A stretch of DNA of 64,000 nucleotides from an uncultured Planctomycetota bacterium (GTDB taxonomy: Bacteria; Planctomycetota; Planctomycetia; Isosphaerales; Isosphaeraceae), in NCBI GenBank assembly GCA_963845755.1, contig CAWJTV010000039.1, positions 288,001 through 352,000 of the forward strand, in the 5' to 3' direction. Both the position numbers and the translations under genes were made by a program. The notes beneath the pieces are model-generated. The model had not been told where the DNA came from. It saw only the letters and a program-made list of their open reading frames with translations, and made no database searches. Below are positions 44,857 to 53,459 of this stretch, piece after piece (within the stretch, counting starts at the first letter, position 1; every line of letters begins with the position of its first letter).

Positions 44857-45426
44857 TCCGGCCGCCGCTTTGGGGCAACAGAGCCGCAGGAATTCCCCGG
44901 GCGGATCCGACTCCAGGGCCGCCAGCATCGGCTCGCCGAACACCGTCAGCCTGCCGCGCCAATCCGCGCTGACACCGAAGGTCAAGTCCTTGGCGACGAA
45001 GTGCGAGGGATCGCCATCGGCGAGGATCGGCCGTGCCCATTCGTCGCGCGTCGCGGCCGTGATCCCGCCGTGCGGGTCGAGTTCGTACCACACGTGCTGC
45101 CAGTGCTCGATGACCAGGAGCCGCTCCCCGGGCGGGATGCAGCGGCGGAAGGCCGCGAGCATCTTCATCGTCAATTCCGCCTCGATCTCCTCCGCCTTGC
45201 TCGGGACCCGAGTGAGGGGCGTCAGGTCCCAAGTCCGGAAGGGCGGGGGGAATACCGGATCACCGCCGGATCGACCATAGCCGCCGAACTTGGCCGTCCA
45301 GGCGTCCCAGATCGTGTACATCACCTCGATGTTCTCGATCGGGTGCCAGCCGAGTGAGAGCCAATGGCGACCGATGCGATCGAAGTCGGCTCGGTTACGC
45401 GGTGGATCGAAGCGCTGATACCGCAT
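44851..45426 (-). CDS. Cassette-borne DUF2716-like protein
   Basis: 'HWQHVWYELDPH...W..PILADGD..F.A.DLTFG...LTVFG'. TAA stop in the attC2 R'' box. Confidence 0.7.
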   Translation of the reverse strand: MRYQRFDPPRNRADFDRIGRHWLSLGWHPIENIEVMYTIWDAWTAKFGGYGRSGGDPVFPPPFRTWDLTPLTRVPSKAEEIEAELTMKMLAAFRRCIPPGERLLVIEHWQHVWYELDPHGGITAATRDEWARPILADGDPSHFVAKDLTFGVSADWRGRLTVFGEPMLAALESDPPGEFLRLCCPKAAAGA

Positions 45427-45445
45427 CCTGGTACCGCCTCCCGCT

Positions 45446-45506
45446 GCCTGATGCTCAAGATCAGCGGCCCGCCGCCAGGCGGGTCCGCTGCATCGCCTCG
45501 TTAGCC
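45446..45506 (-). mobile_element. attC-like site 3 (degenerate R')
   Basis: GGCTAAC...ATGCAGCGGACCCGCC TGGC GGCGGGCCGCTGAT...GCATCAGGC. Nearly identical to site 4. Confidence 0.75.
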
Positions 45507-45716
45507 GTCGGTGGGGCGCCGCCGCAGCAAATCGAGACGATGCCTCTCGATCACCTCGAGGAGGCGGGTATCCTCGATGTCCCAGAGCGACTGATCGGTT
45601 TGGTCTTCGACCAGAAATCCGAGGTTGGCCAGCAACTGGCCGAACCGAACGTCGGGCGATAGTTGCTGGAGGTCGGCAAGCTTCTCGATCAACTCGTGAT
45701 GGGTCGCTTGGATCAT
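45501..45716 (-). CDS. Small hypothetical protein (71 aa), partner of the upstream ParB-like gene
   Basis: ATGA overlap with 45713..46009. 'PDVRFGQLLANL...LWDIED'. Confidence 0.75.
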   Translation of the reverse strand: MIQATHHELIEKLADLQQLSPDVRFGQLLANLGFLVEDQTDQSLWDIEDTRLLEVIERHRLDLLRRRPTDG

Positions 45717-46009
45717 GGCACTTGGTCTCCGATCTTGGGCTCGCCGGCATAAGCCCGTCGCAGCCTCCCGACGACCTCAACACGGATCGTTGCCCCCGGC
45801 GCCAGCTTGGCGATCCGGGTGGCCCGGGTCACTCCATTGTACAAAACCAGGACGCCGTCGGAAGCCTCGTAGACCCAGGGCGGCGGCATCCCGACAGACG
45901 AAACTCCGAATCGAGCGATCTGGAGTTGGAGTTTGTAGGGGTCCGCACCACTCCGGCGCGTGGGCAGGCGCAGTTCACGAGGATCGACATCGCGGAAGTC
46001 TTGTGGCAT
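45713..46009 (-). CDS. Small ParB/Srx-like domain protein (98 aa)
   Basis: 'VDPRELRLP...MPPPWV...LVLYNGVTRA' resembles the ParB-N 'dGhhR' motif region. Confidence 0.65.
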   Translation of the reverse strand: MPQDFRDVDPRELRLPTRRSGADPYKLQLQIARFGVSSVGMPPPWVYEASDGVLVLYNGVTRATRIAKLAPGATIRVEVVGRLRRAYAGEPKIGDQVP

Positions 46010-46054
46010 GCCCTACTGCTTATCAGGGGATATCCGTCATGGGAGGGTGCGCTC

Positions 46055-46116
46055 GCCTGAACGCTCAAGATCAGCGGCCCGCCGGCAGGCGGGTCGGCTG
46101 CATCGCATTGTTCCTC
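46055..46116 (-). mobile_element. attC-like site 4 (degenerate R'')
   Basis: GAGGAAC...ATGCAGCCGACCCGCC TGCC GGCGGGCCGCTGAT...GTTCAGGC. Confidence 0.75.
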
Positions 46117-46238
46117 GACCTCGCACCGTCGCTCGGCGCGGATCAGCTCGCGAACCTGATCGTTGTCTCTGCTATACCCGCCTCCGAAACACGCTCCTGT
46201 ACGAAGAGCCTCATCGACGCGGGCAAGGCGGTGTTCAT
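46110..46238 (-). pseudogene. Truncated ParD/CopG-like ribbon-helix-helix antitoxin remnant
   Basis: Across one frameshift reads 'MNTALPASMRLFVQERVSE/GGYSRDNDQVRELIRAERRCEVEE' and runs into attC4. Confidence 0.55.
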
Positions 46239-46344
46239 GGTTGCCCTGGTCCGCCTCCCGGCTCCCACATTCATTCGCGCGCTTTGGCGGTTCTTGCCGA
46301 TGAACTGCCAATCGCAACCGGAGCAGCCTGGTTGGACGCGATGC

Positions 46345-46599
46345 TCAGGGCGACATCGCAAACCCGGTCACGAGAGTATTGCTCGGCGTCTCGATGAAAA
46401 CGTTCCAGTCCGTTGTTCCCTCGTAACGGCTTCTCACCGCGAGCCGGATTCTCATGCCAGCGAAGACATGAGGCGGCTCGATGGAACCGAGGACTTCATC
46501 GTCGGTGGCGCTTGCTACGGCAACCGATAACGGTGGCGGCACATCGACCGGGGCGTCACCCTCGTACCATCCCCAGCCGTAGATCGGCTCAAATGTCAT
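46345..46599 (-). CDS. Hypothetical protein (~84 aa)
   Basis: Protein-like ORF 'MTFEPIYGWGWYEG...', same strand as the cassettes. Confidence 0.55.
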   Translation of the reverse strand: MTFEPIYGWGWYEGDAPVDVPPPLSVAVASATDDEVLGSIEPPHVFAGMRIRLAVRSRYEGTTDWNVFIETPSNTLVTGFAMSP

Positions 46600-46669
46600 G
46601 GTTCTCATAGATGATAAGCCACGTCGAATCCGCCAGGAACGGGCGGCTCATCCAATACGGCCCGGATAT

Positions 46670-47533
46670 TCAATCCACGCTCCACCGCCTCGGCGGCGTG
46701 ACCTCGAACCGGCCGGTGGGCGGGCTGAAGCGAACTCCGGTCTGCCAGAGGAGGTCGGGCTGGTGCTTGGCCAGCAGGTATTTCATGACGACTTCGTCCG
46801 AGGGGGGCATGCCGGGGTCCTGGAACACGACGCAGAGGCGCGCCAGCGCCTTGCGCGTCTTGGCGTCCCAGACCTCGATCAGGCCATGCGGCCGCCGGGG
46901 GATGCGGTAATACTTGTCGCCGTTGAGGACGGTGAGGCAGTCGAACTGGCAGAACTCGTGGAATTCCTTGGGCTCGACGACGTCGCGGACCAGCTCGGCG
47001 GCGACCAGCTCGGGCACGCCTTGCTGGTAGGCCGAGACGTCCAGTTGCATGGGCTCGTCCTCGCGGGTCGCCTGCGGCTGGCTCTTGCCCTCGATCACCC
47101 GGAAGATCTCCGCGGCGACGAGCCGGGCATATCCAGCGCGCAAGGCCGGGCTGGCAATGACCAGTTGCGGGAATGACGCCGCGGTGCGCACCACCTCGTG
47201 GGCAAAGGCGGCGGCCTCGCGCTGGAGCTTCTCCATCCAGTAGCGGGGCAGGCGCGACCGGTCGCTCTCGGAGTAGCGGAACGGCCGCGGGCCGACGTCG
47301 GGGACCCGCACCTCGGTCTCGCCTCCGTGGCGATGGAGCGTCCGCAGGACCGAGTCGTACGTCGCCTCGCCGCGGACAAACCGGTCGGCCGCGTCGATAT
47401 GCCCCGTGCACTTGACCCGCACAATCCGATAACTCGGCCGCGCCAGGAAGATCACCTCGCGCGCCAGCCGGTCATCACGGCTCCGGACGTCCTCGACCTC
47501 GATTTCCCAGCGCAGGTATCCCGTGCGAATCAT
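46670..47533 (-). CDS. Hypothetical protein (287 aa), partner of the GG-motif protein
   Basis: High-GC3 codon usage. C-terminal domain 'YYRIPRR...IEVWD...ARLCVVF...PPSDEVVMKYLL'. Confidence 0.8.
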   Translation of the reverse strand: MIRTGYLRWEIEVEDVRSRDDRLAREVIFLARPSYRIVRVKCTGHIDAADRFVRGEATYDSVLRTLHRHGGETEVRVPDVGPRPFRYSESDRSRLPRYWMEKLQREAAAFAHEVVRTAASFPQLVIASPALRAGYARLVAAEIFRVIEGKSQPQATREDEPMQLDVSAYQQGVPELVAAELVRDVVEPKEFHEFCQFDCLTVLNGDKYYRIPRRPHGLIEVWDAKTRKALARLCVVFQDPGMPPSDEVVMKYLLAKHQPDLLWQTGVRFSPPTGRFEVTPPRRWSVD

Positions 47534-47548
47534 GAGTCGCGTCGCTCC

Positions 47549-47615
47549 GGTGTTCCGTGTTCCGTGTTCAGTACTGACACCGTCTCTCAACTGAACACGG
47601 AACACAGAACACTGA
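47549..47615. repeat. Inverted heptamer repeat (GTGTTCM)3 / (GAACACN)3
   Basis: GTGTTCCGTGTTCCGTGTTCAGT...ACTGAACACGGAACACAGAACAC between the two genes. Confidence 0.75.
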
Positions 47616-47849
47616 TCAACCGATCCCACCCTGGATAGCCGGCACGATCAGGATCTCCGTCGCCGTCCGGTCGAACTGGCGAATCGGAGTCGTCTTCCCC
47701 GGACCGTCCAGCCGGAAGGCCAATCGCCCTGCCGTGTAATTCTCGGCGAACGCCGATTCCGCCGCTGCGACCGTCTCGGGCTGGTCCTTGCTCCATTCCG
47801 CCAGCGTCAGGTCGCCATGCCCCGTCTTGAGCAGCCGTAACTTCGACAT
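47616..47849 (-). CDS. 77-aa protein ending ...EILIVPAIQGGIG (ubiquitin/sulfur-carrier-like C-terminus)
   Basis: AGGA RBS plus ATG. 'MSKLRLLKTGHGD...W...FDRTATEILIVPAIQGG-IG'. Confidence 0.8.
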   Translation of the reverse strand: MSKLRLLKTGHGDLTLAEWSKDQPETVAAAESAFAENYTAGRLAFRLDGPGKTTPIRQFDRTATEILIVPAIQGGIG

Positions 47850-47902
47850 TTGTCCTGAATCCTTTGTACTGGGAGACGGTCCGAGCACGGCGTCTGGCCT
47901 TT

Positions 47903-47963
47903 GCAGGATGGGTGAAACCCACCCGGTCGCAGGCCGATTCTCGGTGGGTTTCACCCACCCTAC
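47903..47963. repeat. REP-like palindrome, family A
   Basis: GCAGGATGGGTGAAACCCACC...GGTGGGTTTCACCCACCCTAC. Confidence 0.8.
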
Positions 47964-48228
47964 GGGGTCCTCGGATCGCCTCTTAGTCCTTTGTCCTGGG
48001 TGTTTCGTCCCTGATTCCTGCTCCTTTGTCCTGGGTCCGTGATTGTGGGCGGAGTTCCTTCCATCCCGCAGCCGGATTCTACTCGAAGGCCCGCGCCGAG
48101 ACTACGGGGATTACGCCGTCGTTCGTGGTCCGAGGTGGCTCGACGCAGCCACACTGCCCGCCGATCCGGTCAGGTCACGTCCGGGCTCCCCACGACCGGC
48201 CGGGGATCCGTGACCAACGACAGAACGA

Positions 48229-48354
48229 TCAAGACGGATTGGCGGCCGCGGCCTCCTTGGCCTTCTTTCGTTCCTTCTCCGGCTTGGGACGCCGCTTGCC
48301 GAACGTACCCCGGAAGATCTTGCCTCGCTTGGACCGCCGATCACCCTTGCCCAT
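48229..48354 (-). CDS. thx: 30S ribosomal protein THX (bTHX), 41 aa; not in the ORF track
   Basis: GAGGAG RBS. MGKGDRRSKRGKIFRGTFGKRRPKPEKERKKAKEAAAANPS matches the THX signature MGKGDxxTxRGKIxxGTYGxxRP. Confidence 0.9.
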   Translation of the reverse strand: MGKGDRRSKRGKIFRGTFGKRRPKPEKERKKAKEAAAANPS

Positions 48355-48546
48355 GGTCTGACTCCTCACGTAGGTCAGGCGAGAAAGCCTGAGCTACAAG
48401 TTTGCCGGCGTCGTGAAGTGGCGAGTGGCCAGAAAAAAATCGGTCTCCACTAGCCAGTCGCCACGATTGCCGATTAATATAGGACTGGTCACTGACGTTT
48501 GTCGTTTTCGCAGCACGTCGTCGTTTCGACGGGAGGAGATCCGAAG

Positions 48547-51136
48547 ATGCCCCGTCGCTGGTGGATCTTTCGGGCCGTCGTCGCCATGGGGCTGGTGATG
48601 GCCGTGGGATGTCGAGGCCAGGTCAATCCGGGGGGCCCGTCGGGCCAGCCGGCTGCCGATCGGTCGGTGCCGGCGAACGCGAAACCCGGGCCGGGACCGG
48701 AACAGGCCAACGCCGCACCGAGCCCGCCGGCAAAGCCGGTTGTTCGGATCCGGATCTCTCCCGAGTCGTTCACCATAACGGCAGATGATCCCGGTTTGCA
48801 ACTCCTGGCGGCGGAGGAAACCGAGACCGCCCGCGATCGGACGGCGGAGGTCCGGTGGACGACGGAGCCGTCGGGCCTGGCCGCGATCGAGGCCGGCGGC
48901 TATCTCCGGCCGAAGGCGGCCGGGGTCGTGACGGTCCGCGCCGCGGTGGCCGGGTCGCCGGCGCCGGCGGCGGAGGCGAAGGTCACGATCGAGCCGCGAA
49001 CGACCCGCACCTGGGATTTCGGCGAGGACGTCGTGCCGATCCTGACCCGTCTGGGGTGCAATACCGGCGCCTGCCACGGCCGGCTGGAAGGGCAGAACGG
49101 CTTCCATCTCTCGCTGTTCGGCTACGACCCGGCCAGCGACTACCAGTCGGTGGTGCGCGACGCCGGCCAGCGCCGGCTGTCGCGGCTCGCGCCCGAAGAG
49201 AGCCTCTTCCTGGCCAAGGCGACCGGCCGCGTGCCGCACGTCGGCGGGGCCCGGACACCGTTCGGCTCCCCGGAGCACCAGGCCCTCCTCGCCTGGGTCC
49301 GCGACGGGGCGCCCGAGCATCGCGGCAAGACGCATGGGGCGGTGACCAGCGTCCGCGTCGAGCCGCCCGGCACCGTCCGGATGGATGAACCCGGCACGCG
49401 ACAGCTCCGCGTGGTGGCTGATTATGCCGACGGGCACCGTCGCGATGTGACCCGGCTGGCTTCGTTCAAGGTGAATGACGACATGGCCGCTTCGGTGACC
49501 CTTCAGGGCCGCGTCAGCCTCCTCAATCGCGCCGAGACCGACCTGATCGTGCGCTACGGATCGCACGTCCTGAATACCCGGCTCTCCACGGTGATCAATC
49601 CCGGCCTGGCGTTCGACTTCTCCAAGGTCAAGCGGCGCAACTTCATCGACGACGAGCTGTTCAAGCGACTGGAGTCGCTCAAGGTGCCGCCGAGCCCGCC
49701 GGCCAGCGACGCCGCCTTCCTCCGCCGCCTCTCGCTCGACCTCACCGGCGAGCAGCCCAGACCCGACGAAGTGCGCAGTCTTCCTCGCCGACAAGGATCC
49801 CGAGAAGCGGACCAAGCTCATCGACCGGCTGCTCACGAAGAAAGAGTTCGTCCAGTTCTGGCGCATCAAGTTGGGCGACCTGCTCCAGATCAGCTCCGCA
49901 CGCCAGGGGAACACGGCGGCCCGGTACCAGGTCTGGATCGACCGCTGCCTGGAGAAGAATCGGCCGTGGGACGAGGTCGTCCGGACGCTGCTGACGGCCC
50001 TGGGCGATCCCAACGATATCGACAAGGGCGGGCCGGTCAACTACTGCGCTGGATACCATGGAGCCCAAAGAGCAGGCCGAGCAGACCGCGCAACGCTTCC
50101 TGGGCCTGCGGATGCGATGCGCCCAGTGCCACGATCACCCCTTCGACATCTGGACGCAGGATGCCTATTACGGCCTGGCCGCCTTCTTCGCCAAGGTCCA
50201 GCGCGGTGGGGTGCCGGCCCTGGGATGATGATGGGCCGCGATCGGGTGACGATCAACCCGAAGGGGGAAGTCATCCACCTGCGGACCAAGAAGCCCGTCG
50301 AGCCGCAATTGCTGGACGGCAAGGTGGTGAAGGTCGCGGCCGCCGACGATCCGCGCAAGGCGCTGGCCGACTGGATCACGGCCCGAGACAACCCGTATTT
50401 CGCCCGCGCCATGGCCAACTGGGTCTGGGCGCAGCTCTTCGGCAAGGGGCTGGTCAACCCGCCCGACGATATGAGCCGGTCCAACCCGCCGGTCCATCCG
50501 GAACTGCTCGACGCCCTGGGACGCCATTTCGTGGAGCACAAGTACGACCTCCGCGAGCTGATCCGGACCATCGCCGGCTCCGAGACTTATGGACTCTCGG
50601 GCCAGCCGGTCAAGGGCAATGAGATGGACCGTCGGCTGTTCTCGCATCGGCTGCCGCGCCCGCTCACGGCGCACCAGATGGCCGACGCGCTGGCCCAGGC
50701 GACCAACGTGGCCAATTCGTTCCCGGGCGGTGCCCGCCGCGGTCGCGGCAGTGCCCGCCGCGCCATCGAGATCTACGATCCGGCGACCCCCGTCCCGCTC
50801 CTCGACTCGTTCGGCCGATGCTCGCGGACCACCGCGTGTGCGGCCAGCCCCGCACAGGCCCTGAGCCTCCGCCAGTCCCTGCTCCTGATCGGCGGCGACG
50901 TCATCGAGGGCAAGGTCTCCAACTTGAACGGCTACCTGGCCAGCGCACTGGAGCTCGATCTGCAGCCCGAGGAGCTGGTCGAAAACCTCTACTATCGCAG
51001 CCTCTGCCGGCCCCCAACGCCCGAGGAGCTCTCGCGCTGGTCGGCCGAGCTGAAGCAGGCCGCGTCGCGTCGCGAGGCGGCCGAAGACCTCTTCTGGGCG
51101 CTGCTGAACTCGCGGGAATTCGCGTTCAATCATTGA
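48547..51136 (+). CDS. DUF1549/DUF1553 (PSD1/PSCyt) planctomycete protein; frameshifts near 49780, 50050 and 50215
   Basis: 'GCNTGACHG', 'NFIDDEL...DAAFLRRLSLDLTG', 'CAQCHDHP', 'NPYFARAMANWVW...NPPVHPELLD', 'EDLFWALLNSREFAFNH'. Confidence 0.9.
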
Positions 51137-51141
51137 CAGTC

Positions 51142-51205
51142 TGTCGGGTGGGCGAAGCCCACCGACGCAAGTCCGGTCGTTTTGGTGGGTTTCACCCACC
51201 CGACA
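51142..51205. repeat. REP-like palindrome, family A variant
   Basis: TGTCGGGTGGGCGAAGCCCACC...GGTGGGTTTCACCCACCCGACA. Confidence 0.75.
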
Positions 51206-51236
51206 CCAACTCGGGTCCCATGCTTGGAGATACGTC

Positions 51237-52571
51237 ATGTCCCGGTCATCGAACGGTCCGATTCCGCGGTGTGGTGGCCCGAGCCGTCGCGAGGTCCTGC
51301 GGATCGGCTCGCTGGGGTTCCTGGGTCTGGGCCTGGACGAGTGGTTCCGGCTGCGGGCCCGGGCCGGCACGGAGTCGGGCCCTGCGCCCAAGGTGAAGAA
51401 CTGCATCCTGATCTGGCTCTCCGGCGGCCCGTCGCACCTGGATACCTTCGACCCGAAGCCGAAGGCCCCGGCGGACGTCCGCGGCGAATTCAAGCCGATC
51501 GCGACCTCGGTCCCGGGCCTGGAGATCAGCGAGGTGCTGCCGCGCCTGGCCAAGGTCATGAACAAGGTGACGCTGATCCGGAGCATGACCTCGCCCGAAT
51601 CGGACCACGGCCGGGCGTCGCATCACCTGCTGACCGGCTGGCGGCCATCGCCGGCCCTGGAATACCCGGGGTACGGCAGCGTGGTCAGCAAGGCGCGGGA
51701 GGCGAAGCGCGGGATGCTGCCGCCCTACATCGCGGTCCCCGAGGTGCCGATGTCGGGCTTGAGCGGGTATCTCTCCCCGGCCTATGACCCGTTCGCCGTC
51801 TCCGGAGACCCGAACCAGGCGGGATTCCGGGTCCGGAACCTGACGCCGCCCGACCGCGTGACCCTGGCCCGGCTCATGCGGCGCCGGGATATGGTCAAGT
51901 CGCTCGACGAGTTCGCCCGGGACGTCCCGGCAACGACCCTGACGACCAGCCGCGACCAGTTCTCCGATCAGGCGTATTCGCTCTTGACCTCCGGCGCCGC
52001 GCAAGCCGCGTTCCAGATGGACAAGGAGTCCGACGCGGTCCGGGAGAAGTTCGGGAAGACCACCGTCGGCCAGTCCTGCCTGCTGGCGCGCCGGCTGGTC
52101 GAGGCGGGCGTCTCGTTCGTGACGATCAACGACCGGGGCATGGGGGCGGCCTGGGACACCCACCAGCAGAACTTCCCGACGATCAAGAACACGCTGGCGC
52201 CCCCGCTGGACCAGGGGGTCTCCGCGCTGGTCGAAGACCTCACCGAGCGCGGGCTGATCGATAACACGCTGGTCGTGATGATGGGCGAGTTCGGCCGGAC
52301 GCCCAAGATCAACGGCAACGCGGGCCGCGACCATCACGGCCGCGCCAACAGCATCCTGCTCTTCGGGGCGGGGACGCCCGCGGGCCTCGTCCTGGGCAGG
52401 ACCGACGCCACCGGCGACGTCCCGGTCGATCGACCGGTCACGCCCGCCGACCTGGCCTGGGTCCTCTACCAGAAGCTGGGGATCGACCCGACGGCTAGCC
52501 CGTTCGAGACGCCCGAAGGACGACCCATCCGCCTGGTCGATACGGCCAACCCGCCCCGGGAATTGATCTGA
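51237..52571 (+). CDS. DUF1501 domain protein
   Basis: Tat-like 'SRREVL', 'GGPSHLDTFDPKP', 'LLARRLVEAGV', 'WDTH', 'GEFGRTP', 'GRDH'. Confidence 0.92.
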   Translation: MSRSSNGPIPRCGGPSRREVLRIGSLGFLGLGLDEWFRLRARAGTESGPAPKVKNCILIWLSGGPSHLDTFDPKPKAPADVRGEFKPIATSVPGLEISEVLPRLAKVMNKVTLIRSMTSPESDHGRASHHLLTGWRPSPALEYPGYGSVVSKAREAKRGMLPPYIAVPEVPMSGLSGYLSPAYDPFAVSGDPNQAGFRVRNLTPPDRVTLARLMRRRDMVKSLDEFARDVPATTLTTSRDQFSDQAYSLLTSGAAQAAFQMDKESDAVREKFGKTTVGQSCLLARRLVEAGVSFVTINDRGMGAAWDTHQQNFPTIKNTLAPPLDQGVSALVEDLTERGLIDNTLVVMMGEFGRTPKINGNAGRDHHGRANSILLFGAGTPAGLVLGRTDATGDVPVDRPVTPADLAWVLYQKLGIDPTASPFETPEGRPIRLVDTANPPRELI

Positions 52572-52862
52572 ACCGGAGCGAGGGACCAGGGCCAAACGGT
52601 GCGACGGCCAATGGGGCGAGCGGCGAGAAAACGTCGGTCTTGACTCGCCCCTGGCCCCTCGCTCATCGACCCGACGACACTAGCTACTTGTCACGTGCCA
52701 CGTCCCATGGTAACTCTGGTAGGAGCGCTGGATCCTCCCTCGGTCGGTTCGTATCCCAGATTTTGGCGAATATTTTGAGAAGCCTGCGTGCGGGGCTGGC
52801 CTCCGTCTGGTAAAATGCTCCGACTCGAAACGGTTCCCGCTCACGCCAGGAGTTTAACCGCG

Positions 52863-53222
52863 ATGTCGCAAGGTCCTCGCCGTCATCTCAGGCTTGAAAA
52901 TGTTGACGGAGTGACCGTTGTCAGCTTCGTCGAATCCAAGATCGTGACCGAGGAGAACATCCAGGAGGTCGGCGACCAGCTTTATAGCCTGGTTGAGGAC
53001 GAAGGGCACAAGAGCCTCCTGCTGAACTTCGGGAACGTCCAGTACCTCTCCAGCGCCGCGCTCGGCAAGCTGATCAACCTCAAGAAGAAGGTCGCTGCCG
53101 TCAAGGGCAAGCTGAAGCTCTGCTGCATCCACCCGGACCTTCTCGAGGTCTTCCGCATCACCCGGCTTGACCAGGTCTTCGAGATCTACGCCGACGAGCA
53201 GGCGGCCCTCGACAAGTTCTGA
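52863..53222 (+). CDS. STAS-domain anti-sigma factor antagonist
   Basis: AGGAG RBS. 'LLNFGNVQYLSSAALGKL...EVFRITRLD'. Confidence 0.9.
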   Translation: MSQGPRRHLRLENVDGVTVVSFVESKIVTEENIQEVGDQLYSLVEDEGHKSLLLNFGNVQYLSSAALGKLINLKKKVAAVKGKLKLCCIHPDLLEVFRITRLDQVFEIYADEQAALDKF

Positions 53223-53459
53223 TCGAGCGCGGCGGGATTCGTCGGGTCCCTCCCGAAACGGAAGGATCGAGTCCTCGGTCCGCTTCCCGAATCTCGGGGG
53301 CTTTGCCGTGTGGCTGCGCCGGCCGGTGCACCAACCGCCCATGCGTGGGCCCTTCTTTTCCTCTGCCGGCCCGAACGAGTCCGGATCGCCGCGAGCCACG
53401 GCCCGCGAGATCCTCGCCGGCCGGACTTGAAATCGCCCCGCCGGCCTTCTCCGCTTCTC

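Noticed and set aside
46290..46345. Possible fifth attC after 46345..46599 (GTCCAAC follows the stop)
   Set aside because: No matching palindromic arms or R' box at the expected distance.
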